A stretch of DNA of 64,000 nucleotides from Parasitella parasitica NRRL 2501. Taxonomy: Eukaryota; Fungi; Mucoromycota. Below the pieces are notes generated by a model, which was given only the letters and a program-made list of their open reading frames with translations, searched no databases and had not been told where the DNA came from. The stretch is from NCBI GenBank assembly GCA_025201805.1, contig MU619240.1, forward strand, positions 122,953 to 186,952. The letters run 5' to 3'. Shown here in pieces: positions 12,215-27,345 of the stretch (positions are counted from its first letter, which is position 1; each line of letters opens with the position of its first letter). The translations under genes were made by a program, and so were the position numbers.

Positions 12215-12683
12215 ACAATGTGTACGAATAATAAAGAAAAAACAAAACAAAAAAAGATCAACGTATAACAAAGAGGATTTGTTCGCTACGGACAATCTCA
12301 TATGCCTATGTTTTTGCCAACGTCCTCCGTAGTATCAGTCTCTGGAACTAGTCGTTATTTTGTATATATTATAGCTTCAATTCACACAGGTTACATCTAT
12401 TACTGTGAAACAGTACGCGCAATCCAGCCAGAAAATATATGATCAATTAAAATTGTACAACCGGCATTTATATTAATTACAATTTTGACAAGGAGTATGC
12501 ACCATTGTATCTGAATTTTGTAGGCAGAAACCTATAAATGACAAAGGGCCTTATACATCTTCCCCACTTCTCTTCTTCTCTTCCTTCTCTTTCTTCTTTT
12601 TCTTCTCTACGTTTTTTCTTTCTTTCTATTCTTTCACTCTAAAGCAAACATATCTCCTTACTTTAAAAAAAGTCGTGCACAGA

Positions 12684-14432
12684 ATGCGTTTGGAATCAAA
12701 ATTAAAGACAACCAGATTAGTGAAATATGCACTGGTAGTCTATGTTTTTATTTCTCTATGCTACACCACGAACCATTACTTTTCATCTCATCATGCAAAC
12801 ATCAACAAAAATAGATACAGTAACATGGAGTCAATGGCTATTAACTATCAGCAGCAGCAGGACACTTTGACACCAACGTTTAGACATTCAACTACCACCA
12901 CTACCAGCACCAAGTCAAAACCACAGCATCTAGACAGTAAAGAAGACGCAGAAGATGCAGAAGATGCTGAATATACCAATCAAGTGACATGGCCCGGTTC
13001 AAAAGGCAAGTTGTTTGCTTTTTCTTAGAAATTGAACTTGGCCCTTACAGTTGTATAATAGGCAGTGAGATCAACCATAGGCTATCTGAAGGAATCGTGA
13101 CATCAAAGATCTTTTCGAGTAGCATGGGCTGGGAAAATATCACACCTTACTACTTTAAAGCGTCGCATATCATCAACACTCAAGATATTACCTTGGCAAC
13201 TCTGGTTACTAGAAATAGATTTCATGTACTTTCTCGATTAGCAACAAATTACCAAGGTGAATGTCTCCCCGCCCTAACCCCTCCCTCCCCCCTCACCACC
13301 CCCAAATTACGGGAAAACTTTCATGATTAATCGGTTCTTTTCATTCAGGCCCTATCTCAGCTGCCATTCATGTTCTAGACGACCAGGATAAAGTGAATAC
13401 TATCAAAGAACTAGGCAAAATATACAGCTCAAACTCTGACATGCAAAAGTATGTGGATATCCATCTGATCATTGATAAGTTTGATAGACAGTTCAACATG
13501 TGGAGAAACACCGCCAAGCTGTTTACTCGCACAGATTACCTAATGATGCTAGATGTGGATTTCCATCTTTGCACCGATTTCCGCAAGACCATCTTTGGCA
13601 ACCCCACAATCAGTGGCATGTTGGCTGCAGGTAAAACTGCAATTGTTGTACCTGCATTTGAGTACCTGAACTCAAAGGATGGCATGGATTGGAGGACCTT
13701 TCCCACCAAGAAAAGCCAACTGATCAAGCAGGTTAACGCCAAGAAACTCGACAGTTTCCATAGCTCATGGGTTAGTGGACATGGTGCTACCAATTACACA
13801 CAATGGTACACCGCCACAGAGTTGTATCCTGTCACTGAGTACGAATTCAGCTACGAGCCCTACATCATCTACAAGAAGGAAGGCACTCCTTGGTGTGACG
13901 AAAGGTTCATTGGATATGGTGCTAATAAAGCTGCCTGTCTGTATGAGATTTTTATCTCTGGCGTTGATTTCTATGTCTTGCCTAATGATTTCTTGATCCA
14001 TCAATCGCACAAATATGCCAATCATGACCGAACAAGAGAGGTAGGGGTTTGCGCTATTGCACAGAAACTTTTCTTTATGCTCAACTTTTTTTTTTTTTTT
14101 TTTTTTTNNNNNNNNNNCAGCGAACTCACAATCGAGTGTTGTACGAGAACTTTAGGACTGAAATTTGCCTTCGTTATTCTCGAAAATACGTTATTGAAGA
14201 CACATGGTACACACCCGCTGCAAAGAACCTGAAGGCAGTCTGCAAGGATATTCCCAAATGGAAGTACTTGTCTGGTATCTCCAAGGAACAACGATTGAAA
14301 GATTTGCAAGAAGAACAAGCAGCAGCGGCCTCACAAGCCCAAGAAGAGCAACAACAACAACAACCACAAAATATTGACAGCACACATTTACATGAACAGG
14401 AAACTGATGAAGAAATCATGGCAACCATGTAG
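12684..14432 (+). CDS. GT49-family (LARGE/B4GAT1-like) type II membrane glycosyltransferase
   Basis: N-terminal TM. DITLATLV, NMWRNTAKLFTRTDYLMMLDVDF (DxD), VVPAFE, YEPYII, PWCDERFIGYGANK. Exons 12684-13005, 13062-13256, 13349-14040, 14121-14432. Confidence 0.85.
14108..14117. other. Assembly gap (10 N) in a poly(T) intron tract; similar gaps at 40558-40567 and 58868-58877
   Basis: N runs flanked by poly(T). Confidence 0.99.
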
Positions 14433-14626
14433 AAAACCCAAATTCGGAAAAATATATAGTGAATGGCCATGCTGATAATTTGCACGTGAAAAGAATAAAC
14501 TGTATAGTTGCGATAAAGGCTTCTGTTTTTCATTATTCTCTTCTTCCGTCTTTTTCTCTCTTTTTTATTCAGTATATATCTATTATCATTATTTTTTGTT
14601 AAATACATTTACGCACTCGCACTTGT

Positions 14627-17210
14627 ATGAATAAAGAAACAAGCAATACGTCAACTAGCTTATGGCCAAATGTAATTATGAATTTGTTGTGCAATTATGG
14701 ACAGATTGCCTAACACACCCAATTTCTAATGCCAGATTTATGATCGAATTGTGTCCAACAATAATCCCAAAACGTATTACGAGTATTTACTGAAGACAGC
14801 GACCAATTATGAGGACTGGTGCGAGGCAGCAATCAAGCTGGACGAGATTGACGGTTTGGATCAATGGAAAAGAGAAGCGGCATCTCCTGATTATGATCAT
14901 GAACTAATAAAAACTAGACTTGACCAGTTGAGAGAAATCAGAAAGACCAATAAGGGGCAATCAGCCATGATTTTCGCACTAAGAACAAGTTTGGCAAGAA
15001 ACTTGGGCGATATGGGCAATCCAAAGGTACCAAATCAAAAGTGTTTGTTTGTGTATTGTACTGAATTATTTGTTGTTACATGTGCGCACAAATATATACA
15101 TAGCTTTATTCATATTCACGTGTAGGCACAAAGGACCTAACGTCTGAATACATTGAGGAAGTTGTGAAGCAATTGAATTGGATATGCGACGAGCCTGCAG
15201 ATCCTGACAACGACCCAAACCTTGATTTAAAGGCAAAGCATGATTTCTTCATGAACATTCGACAGAGCTTTGGTCGAACTGCATTGCTGTTGAGCGGTGG
15301 AGGGACACTGGGTACGTTATCATGAGCAGTTTGTTTCAAGTGTGCAAATATGTAATGTATGACATAACAACAAAATTTAGGTCTGAATCATATAGGAGTT
15401 ATCAAATGCTTACATGAGGCTCAATTACTACCTCGCATCATTTCAGGGGCCTCCAGTGGCAGTATAATGGCATCACTAGTATGCACAAAAACGAGTGATG
15501 AACTGCCTTCCATCTTTGACCCATCGCTGGTTCGCCTAGTAAGTTATTTTGCAAGCAAAAAAAAAAAAAAAACATTTGGCCAATATTTTTCGTCAGGATG
15601 TATTTGCCAGAGATGGCGTTCCTGACACGCCTTATACCCGCCTTCATCGTCTCATGATAAAAAACCAGCTTTTTGACGTTGAGATTTTGCGAGAAGCAAT
15701 GAGAGACAATCTAGGCGATATGACATTTCAGGAGGCATTCAACAGGACTCGCTTCATTTTAAATATCACTGTAAGCTCGTCTACGTTGTATGACATGCCT
15801 CGACTTTTGAATTATATAACAGCACCTGATGTGGTAGGTTATTCTTGTATGCATTCTGACATGCCTTGTATTAAATCCCCCCTGTTTCGTGCACATGTGA
15901 TAGCTTATCTGGTCTGCAGTGTAAGTTTGTGTATATATGCTTATTTTCATTACTAATCAGCTCTATAGCGCTGCATCTTGCGCGGTGCCTGTCTTTTATG
16001 GGTCCACGCCGTTGTTCTCAAAAGACAAGAACGGCAAAGTGACTCCGTGGAATCCAAGTGGTATGATAAAATTGCTTTTCTGTTATTTTCTGAAACACTG
16101 AAAAAAGAGCCATGATTGATAGATCAGTTGTACATTGATGGCTCTGTTGAAAAGTGAGTGTACATACAACGATTACATAGCATCACATGGAAATCTTAAT
16201 CGTAAACCTCTTGTGCCTGCACATTCTTTCTCGGTTGTAGTGATCTACCAATGAACAAGCTTTCAGAGCTTTTCAATGTGAACCATTTCATCGTCTGTCA
16301 AGTAAATCCGCATGTCATTCCCTTTCTACAAAAGGCAAATACGCCTTCTAAATTAAGGCAGGCTGCCAATTTTTGTATGCATATGGCCAAAACAGAGGCA
16401 CAGCATCGTTGTACACAGGTAAGAACACGGCATGATCAAGCCCACCGATAAACAACTGAATCATCGTCTAGTTGACAGAGCTTGGGATTTTGCCTTCGTT
16501 CTTTTATAAAATACAATCCATCATGTCGCAGAAATACTCTGGCGACATCACTATAATACCGGAAATTGGTTACTCCGACTTCCTCAAGGTCCTTTCTAAT
16601 CCAACCCCTGAATATGCTATGGGTTGTGTCTATCGTGGAGAGAGAGCCACCTGGCCCAGTAGGTTATCCTTGGCTATACACTTGAAAATTTTGACTTACT
16701 GAAACTCTCGCCAATGCCGTAGAACTATCAGTTATAAAGAACCATTTGCAGATAGAGCTATCCATTGATCAAATCCTCTATCGCCTACGTCTACTAAGAC
16801 TTAACGAGCTACCCAAGAAGCTTTTGTTGAACAACAACAACAATGCTATAACAGTCAATTATTACCATAACAGACCGACACTGGAGATGCGCTCAACATC
16901 GCAGATCAACGTACGCAATTCCTGCATGTCTCCCATAGAAGAAAGCGATGAAATTATGCCTCGCAAAAGAACAGAAATGATAGACTCAATCACAGATACC
17001 TTACTCCAAGCATCAGAGCCGTTTATTGTTCGATCCTCTCAGAGCACGCCTGTGATTGTTGCGCTATCCGACCAGATTCAACTTGAGCATAGCCTCAATA
17101 AGGACAGCAATAGCAATCGCAATGAGGGCAGTAAGAAGCAGCAAGAAAAGGAGTCGCGCAGAGAGAGAAACCAGACAAAGAGAGATCTTTTGATGACCAA
17201 ACGCGAATAG
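14627..17210 (+). CDS. Patatin-domain triacylglycerol lipase (Tgl3/4/5-SDP1 family)
   Basis: ATG at 14627; first intron 14672-14735. FGRTALLLSGGG, catalytic ISGASSGS, LNYITAPDVLIWSAVAASCAVP, YIDGSVE, LSELFNVNHFIVCQVNPHV. Many short introns. Confidence 0.9.
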
Positions 17211-17580
17211 TACATGCTTAAATTATGCCCAACCCTTTTCACCATATATGACAACAGGACAATGTTACATCTATGTTTTGTTTTTTACTCTCACCACAAT
17301 TCGTTATATTATTATGCTATCATGTAAATTACCTATACAATATGATATATTTCTTTTTGCTCTCATTTTGGTACAACTATATTATCACTTGTTCACCGCG
17401 TTTTAACTAGCTGAGAAGTACAATACGGTCAAACTTGGTTAAAGTAACGTGTTTATATATTTCTAGTAGTATACATATATAATGCAATTATAAAAAAAAA
17501 AAAAAAAAGGCTTCATACATCATGAAGAGTAGGGAAAACAAAAAGATGGAATTTGGTATTTACAAGATATAGAAAATCCT

Positions 17581-19025
17581 TCAGTAGCGACACACATTGC
17601 CGTATATCTTTTCATAGCCACTCATGCGGAGGGCAGGCAAGAATGCGGTCTGATGATTTTGAATTACTGGAGAGTGGGGAGACTTTGTGGCAGGCAAAAG
17701 AGGCCGAAGGTTTTGGTGACATTGAGGGTGGGCCTTCAGATTAGGGTCAATATTATGTTGAAGTTGGTGAATATGCTGCTTTTGTTGATGACTGGTGTTG
17801 TTGTAAGCAACTACATGGTTGCTACCGTTGTTAAATAATTGAGGTGGTTGTGGAATGTAAACCGATGAAGTGTAAGGAGAATAAGGATAGCTGTTATTGC
17901 TGCTACTGTTAAAGGTCGGTGTTGAGGCAGCAGATGAGTGAGTTGACGATACAGACATGGATGAAAATACAGATTGCAATTGTTCATGTTGAGGCAGAGG
18001 GAACGAAAGAGGGGGTGGAGGTAAATTATTAGGCGCAGATGTGTTCAAAATGCTCTCTTCCCTCATATGCTGAAGTGGAGAGGATGGGACTGATGCACTC
18101 TGCTGGGTAAACGTGGTGCTTCTGTGTGCTAAACGAGGCGAAGTGGGAGCGGATGGTGTCTGATAATACTTTGTAGCAGGATTGCTTAGTTCATCAACCG
18201 ATGATCCTATGGGGGCTGTTGCTAGGGACACAGCTGTAAAAGGAGGGGAAACAGATGAAGTACGAGATGATGCAAAGTGACTCAGACGCTCTTTAAGAGC
18301 AGCGTTCTCGCTTTGCAATTCCTTAAAAGAAAAAAAAAGAAAAAAGAGAGTTATTTAAGACGCTATCTTGCAAGAGTCTCATCATCTTACTTTGATGTAA
18401 TCTAGAGAGAGCTTGAGAATGTTTCCCTTGTTTGGTTTTTGGCCAGGTTGAATGGCATTGGGAACAACACTTGACAGCTCAAAAATCGTATTGTTTATGT
18501 TATCTCTTCGTCGACGCTCGACATGGTTGTGATTCTCTCTGCGACGTTGGATTCTTTCAATTGCGGTTTTACTGTCCAGGTTGTTTCTATATAAAATGCA
18601 ACTTCGGGTCAACATTTTCTCCTTGTACGCTGTGATATTTAATCAAGGTGATTTTACCTATTCAGAATATTCACTCCATTCACTCGGTAGGCTGTCTGCT
18701 TCTTTGGCTTTGACTTTTTCTTGCTCATTTTTTGAGGCGATAAATCCGACGTAAAGTTAAGAAACAAGGCCTGGGTTGCAGGACGCTTATTACTGCTACT
18801 GCTACTGCTACTGCAGTGGTTTGAATAAGAGGTAGTCGAGGAGGAGGTTGCAGCATCGCAGTCATCTTGCGAAGAATCTTCTTCAAAGTCCTCATCCTCT
18901 TCCATAGCCATCTCGAAATCCTGGTCATCCTCTTGAGCGGGTTTTTGCTTGGGTGCAATTCTGTGCTGATTGATAATATGAGTCATGCTTTTATTTGAGT
19001 CGTCTTTGGTAGTGGCGCAAACCAT
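17581..19025 (-). CDS. bHLH(-ZIP) transcription factor (USF/Cbf1/MiT-like)
   Basis: RRENHNHVERRRRDNINNTIFELSSVVP...PNKGNILKLSLDYIKELQSEN across three exons; start uncertain (19025 or the next Met). Confidence 0.85.
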
Positions 19026-20590
19026 GAGAGACAAGGCTTGAATTATGGACGTTGCTACGACTTTAGTTCGAAATAGAAAGACAAAGCGAAATAGGAAACT
19101 TCCAAGCAGTAAGAAAAAAATAATAAAAAAAAAGGCGACAGAGAGAAGAGAGATGTAATCGACCCTTTCACATGTTGGATTCTCTTTTTACGACTGCAAT
19201 CAACGTTGAAAGGGAAGCCGCCGCTTCAAACGTGTTTCCCACGATCATAGCCAATTGATTCCACATAATCCGTTCATCCTTTTGACCGATCTTCGGTCGT
19301 TACTCCGGAAAATAGTTCATTTCTTGTCTTGTGATGTTAATTTGTACTGATCTTTTACATTTCAGGTCATTATTTTCCACCTTTTCATATCTTTTACTTA
19401 TGTAAATATGCGTTATATCTATATAAAAATACTTAATTTGTAGACAAAAAGATTGCCTGACTGTTGGTCGGTTGTACCAACCATTTCATCTAACCAATGC
19501 TGATTTCATCGATTAAGACGGAGAAACTCATAAATTTTTGTTCAATGTACAGAAATTTTTTTTTTTTTGAAGAGAGATGCAAAATTACTTTTGTGCATTT
19601 CAATCTAAAAAAAAAACTAGATGATGCATCAAAAACAAGCAGATGTCGCCCTTTTCCTAGTTTATTTTAGATTGTCTATTCAAACCGGAGCTGTCCTCCA
19701 GAAGGTGATGTGATTTTTTTGCCTCAGACATTTCATATAAACAAGACTTATTTATTGGGCCTTGTTTTCATTTGGATGGATCTCCATCGAGCAATTTGAC
19801 CTTTCTGCTTTTTCTCAATGTATAATTGTAGGCCAACTGATTTCCTTTGTATTTTCTCACGATAGCAGCCTTCTACTTGTCATAAATGCGAATGCACGGC
19901 TCTTTTTATGTTTGTGTCACGGAACTGATTGAGAATGAGGCATTTTTTACTCATTCAACCAACTAAAAATCTGAGTGAAAAACTGCTAATGTCCAATCGT
20001 TTGTTGCATGTTTCTTTTTAGTACATTGTCATTATTTATAGGAACACATGGTTGTATCCATTTCGCCGTTGTTTCCCGGCAAAAAGATGTAAAGAAAAGC
20101 TAAGAATATGACCCGATTAATCTCTTTAATCTAATAAATTTGGCAATTGCGAAAATTAAATCTACATGGCAATAGTTTAATTGAATGCGCATTAGTGCAT
20201 CGCATATTATATCATTGACATCCCAATTCCTTCTTGCTTATCCGTCAAAAAAACAACAACAAAAAATGCAGCTTTTTTTCATAGAATTCAAGCAATTTTC
20301 TTTGCAAAATAAAAGCATAGTTATAATTTTGATGTAGAGTATCATTACGAATTAACATATACTTGATGAACTGCTTTTATACAGCCCAGTAATCCTTTGC
20401 AAAGTAACAAGTGGTAGTGGTACAAAAAAAACCTTAATTTTCAACCATCATTGCTGATACTTGCTATTTACAATTCTGAAGTAGCCCAGATTACCAACAA
20501 CAAACTTAAATAATGATAATGTGGTTTAAGTTTTATTACAATGAAAAAAATATTCATACAAAAAAAAAAAAGACAGATAATATGTTATAA

Positions 20591-23724
<3,134 letters not shown>

Positions 23725-23973
23725 AATAGAAAAAAGAGTTTATATAAAAAAAAAGGGGGGGGGAGGAGAAGAAAGATGAAAGAGAGAGAGAAAGGTTTCA
23801 GCTGATATCTATCAATGTCAAAAAAAAGAAAAAATTATTCCTCTCCTAGAACCAATTACATCGATCAAAACAATTCCACGTCATGAACCAAAGGCTCTTT
23901 CTATGAGTGTTTGTTTATACAGGAAGGAGAATGGTGAGGCTGGTCTCGAGGTCTATCTTTCCGTTACAAACAT

Positions 23974-23980
23974 TGACTCA
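23974..23980. promoter_or_regulatory. Gcn4/CpcA-type site TGACTCA
   Basis: ATTGACTCAT, 250 nt upstream of the ALA1 ATG; aaRS genes are classical cross-pathway-control targets. Confidence 0.5.
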
Positions 23981-24699
23981 TTCATTGTCATTTTATTGCA
24001 TGCAATTCCGTTTTGCATGCGCTACCAATTGACAGGCACATTTAAGACATCAAAAATCAGGTATAGCAGTAGCTGGCTGCTAAGAACTGTGTGCTAGCCA
24101 CGTTTTTTCATAGATGTCAATCAAAAGTTGCAATGGAATACTTTATTTCATCAAATAGAACGAAACAATGCATGAAATTCTGTCGTTTCAAGCCATAAAA
24201 GGAGAATTTTTCAAGTCTGTTTCGGATAGTCATCCAAAAATGTCGTGAAATTGCTTTCAAGGGGTTCATAAGTGTTTATCAGACAAAGCTTGGTGTTAAT
24301 ATCACTCTGTGCCTCCTCTTTGCATAAAAAAATCTATATACGACAAATGCTTAAGCGTATTACAACCAATGCGGCTCGATAAACGAGTTATATACACTGT
24401 TGGCAATCAAAAAGAAAGTCAATAATGTAGCTAACAAATGTCATAATTCAAAATTATTTGATGTCAACAACGAGTTTAATAGATTCTACTTTATTCGCTC
24501 GTAATGATAGAAACAAGTTTGTAATCAGAACTATCATATACCGGCCATTTATGCTCTCAATTGGCAACATTTGGAGTCAAGACTACGCAGTTTTAAAGGT
24601 GTTTTAGCATTTCAACGCGTCCAAACTATGAAAAATCCTTTTTCGTAGACGAAATACATTATAAACAATCATTTCCTCTCTTTTCCTTGAATTTTTTTT

Positions 24700-25290
24700 G
24701 GTCATGATAAATTAGCATATTTTTGGTCATTTCGATCGTGTGAACACAAGGCGATCGACCCCAATTTTATAAAACCCCGATTTTTACCTCAAAATCGACA
24801 CTTTTTACTAATGCATATATACATTCTATAGAGTTTCAAATATGACCTCTATGTTATGGAATCAAAAACACATTGGTTTACTAAGTGGTATTTCGATTTT
24901 TTTGCAAAAATCGATTTTTGATCTTTTTCTTTCTTTCTCGGCGAGTTTTTACTCAAATGCAATAATTTTAGCACTGTTTGATGCGCAATAGTTTTTTATA
25001 TATATTCAAATAGGAATGTTATTATGGTTAACTTGATACATTTTCCTGATATTCACGAAAAACTAGAAATGTTGAATCGAAATGCAATTTTTTGAACCAG
25101 TTTTCGTTTTAATATTTAAATCCCGCTATCAGTGGTGGTTCTACCAACAAGTTGTGTCTGCCACACCAATATTATTATCCAAAAGGCAAAAAAACTCATG
25201 GGTATTCCGATAAAATCGTTAAACATTAAGTTGAGATATTAAGCATTGCGTATTTTGAAGATGTCCTGCCCCTAAAAATGACATTGATAT
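24700..25290. mobile_element. AT-rich relic resembling a non-autonomous DNA transposon
   Basis: Non-coding, with repeated AAAATCGA/TCGATTTT motifs; no clear TIR or TSD found. Confidence 0.25.
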
Positions 25291-26017
25291 GATAACAAGT
25301 GATATCTCATACAACGCGAATAAGTGCCACTACACGTCGTTTTAAACTTCTCATAAGTCAAGTGATCGAGCAAAAACTCGGCGCACAGCTAAAAGAACGA
25401 AGCTTCATGTCAGTGATTTGTATCTACTGTCAACATATAAATCCATTTAGCAGAGAAGTTTTCCCGATTCAAGATTATGAATATTTAATTACGGTTCAGG
25501 TGGAAAAAAGTGCCCAACACAACAAATAATGTGAAAAAGATGCTGATGCCCATCTTGCCAGGTATGAGGATTTTATCAATGCAACTGAAAATATCGTGTC
25601 TGTCTCTGAGGATGAATTTGATATCAAGGGAAAGATTTTCCCAATTATTACTTCAAATAGGGCAGAAGAAACATAGTAAAGCATGGACTAATTATTATGC
25701 TAGTAAGATTCAAGGTTTCTCGTTATTTTCCCTCCATGAAATAAAGTTGAGGCAAGAATTGCAGATAAAAAATTATCACATAAATGTTGATGAATATATT
25801 CTTAAATTTTTGCGTTATCACTGCTGTTGAGGGCGTAAAACAAAGAAGAAAGAATTCAACTGAATACATATCGGCAACAACAAATCTGCATAAAAGTTCA
25901 AAATCGAAACTGATTCATAACCAACATACACACTGTGGCTTGTATAGGGCGAATATAAAATCAACCATTTATCTATTAAATTTTTTTGTTCTTCTATACA
26001 TCTTTCGAAAAGTAGTT

Positions 26018-27222
26018 ATGGATATAAAGATACTATCACCTGTGCCAACCGCCAAAGTCAAAAATGATCGTATGGATGTCGATCAAGAAACTGTTCATTT
26101 AGTTAATCCTGGCGAGACAGTAACTACCGATCAACAATTCATGAGGTAACAAAAAAAAAAGAGAGTTATACACTGAAACCATGACAACCCCAAGATACTG
26201 ATAGTGCATGGGCAACAATAAAATAGGGGGCATGGTACGTACACTGATGGAGAAGGTACTGTTCTATCTTCAGTTGCTGGCGCAGTGGAAAGAGTCAACA
26301 AATTACTATCTGTCAGGCCTTTAAAAACACGTTATACTGCTGAAATTGGCGATATAGTAGTAGGTCGCATTACTGAAGTAAGCATCTCTATAAGACTAGA
26401 GCTTTCATGTTGCTAGTAGTCTAATTGATTTAAAACAGGTAGCTATGAGAAGATGGAAAGTTGATACCAATGCTAGACAAGATGCCAATCTTTTATTGAG
26501 CTCAGTTAGTCTTCCGGGCGGCGTGCAGGTATGTTGAAGATTTCTTTGTACTGGCTACAATGTAACAAGCAACACATCTTGAATAGAGACGTAAAAACGA
26601 GGCTGATGAACTTCAAATGAGACAATTTTTCTCTGAGGGCGATGTTTTAGTGGTAAAATAAAACGCACATTTTTGATTTCGACACTGTAATAACGACAAT
26701 GACTTAGGCTGAAGTACAAGCATTTTACGGAGATGGCACTATAGGTCTTCATACTCGTGGATTTAAATTCTGCAAACTGAGAAATGGATCGTTTGTATGC
26801 GTACCACCTGTACTTGTCCAACGTTGTAAATCACAATTTCACTCTCTTCCTTGTGGCATTGATGTGATTCTTGGACTAAACGGATATATTTGGATTCACA
26901 AGAAATTCGAGATCACTGGTGATGAATCAGACCTTAATGTTTCTTATTCAAATGAAAACGATGTAAGTTTCTTTATTTAGATGAAAGCATCCGAGCAATT
27001 GACATGTATCGAACGTAGTCAATTACCGCAGAAGAGAGACAAGACATTGCTCGTGTCTCAAATTGCATTGCTGCATTAGCAAAGCAGTACATGTATATCA
27101 ATGACACTATTATTGTTTACACATATGAAGCTTCTTTAGAATATACCGTCAAGGAATTACTCAATTTAGATGTTATTGAGTCAATCACTTCAGAAGCTAG
27201 TCTAAGGATGCACGAAAGTTAA
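26018..27222 (+). CDS. RRP4: Exosome complex cap subunit Rrp4
   Basis: [79 protein letters not shown]; multi-intron; TAA at 27220-27222. Confidence 0.95.
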
Positions 27223-27345
27223 GATTTGAGGTAGCATCAACTCGAAAGCATCCTTACTACTTTTTCTCTCTGTAAATACTATACATTTAATGAATCGATG
27301 ATGGTTCCTTTTCTTTATTATTAAAAAATAAAAATGGTATACATT

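Noticed and set aside
9568-19343. Identical 15-mer TTGTGATGTTAATTT at 9568 and 19329, both upstream of minus-strand genes
   Set aside because: An AT-rich 15-mer match is expected by chance in 64 kb, and the flanks do not extend.
25440-25680. Coding-like fragment (INPFSREVFP...RAEET) with an internal stop
   Set aside because: Too short and degenerate to assign; possibly TE debris.
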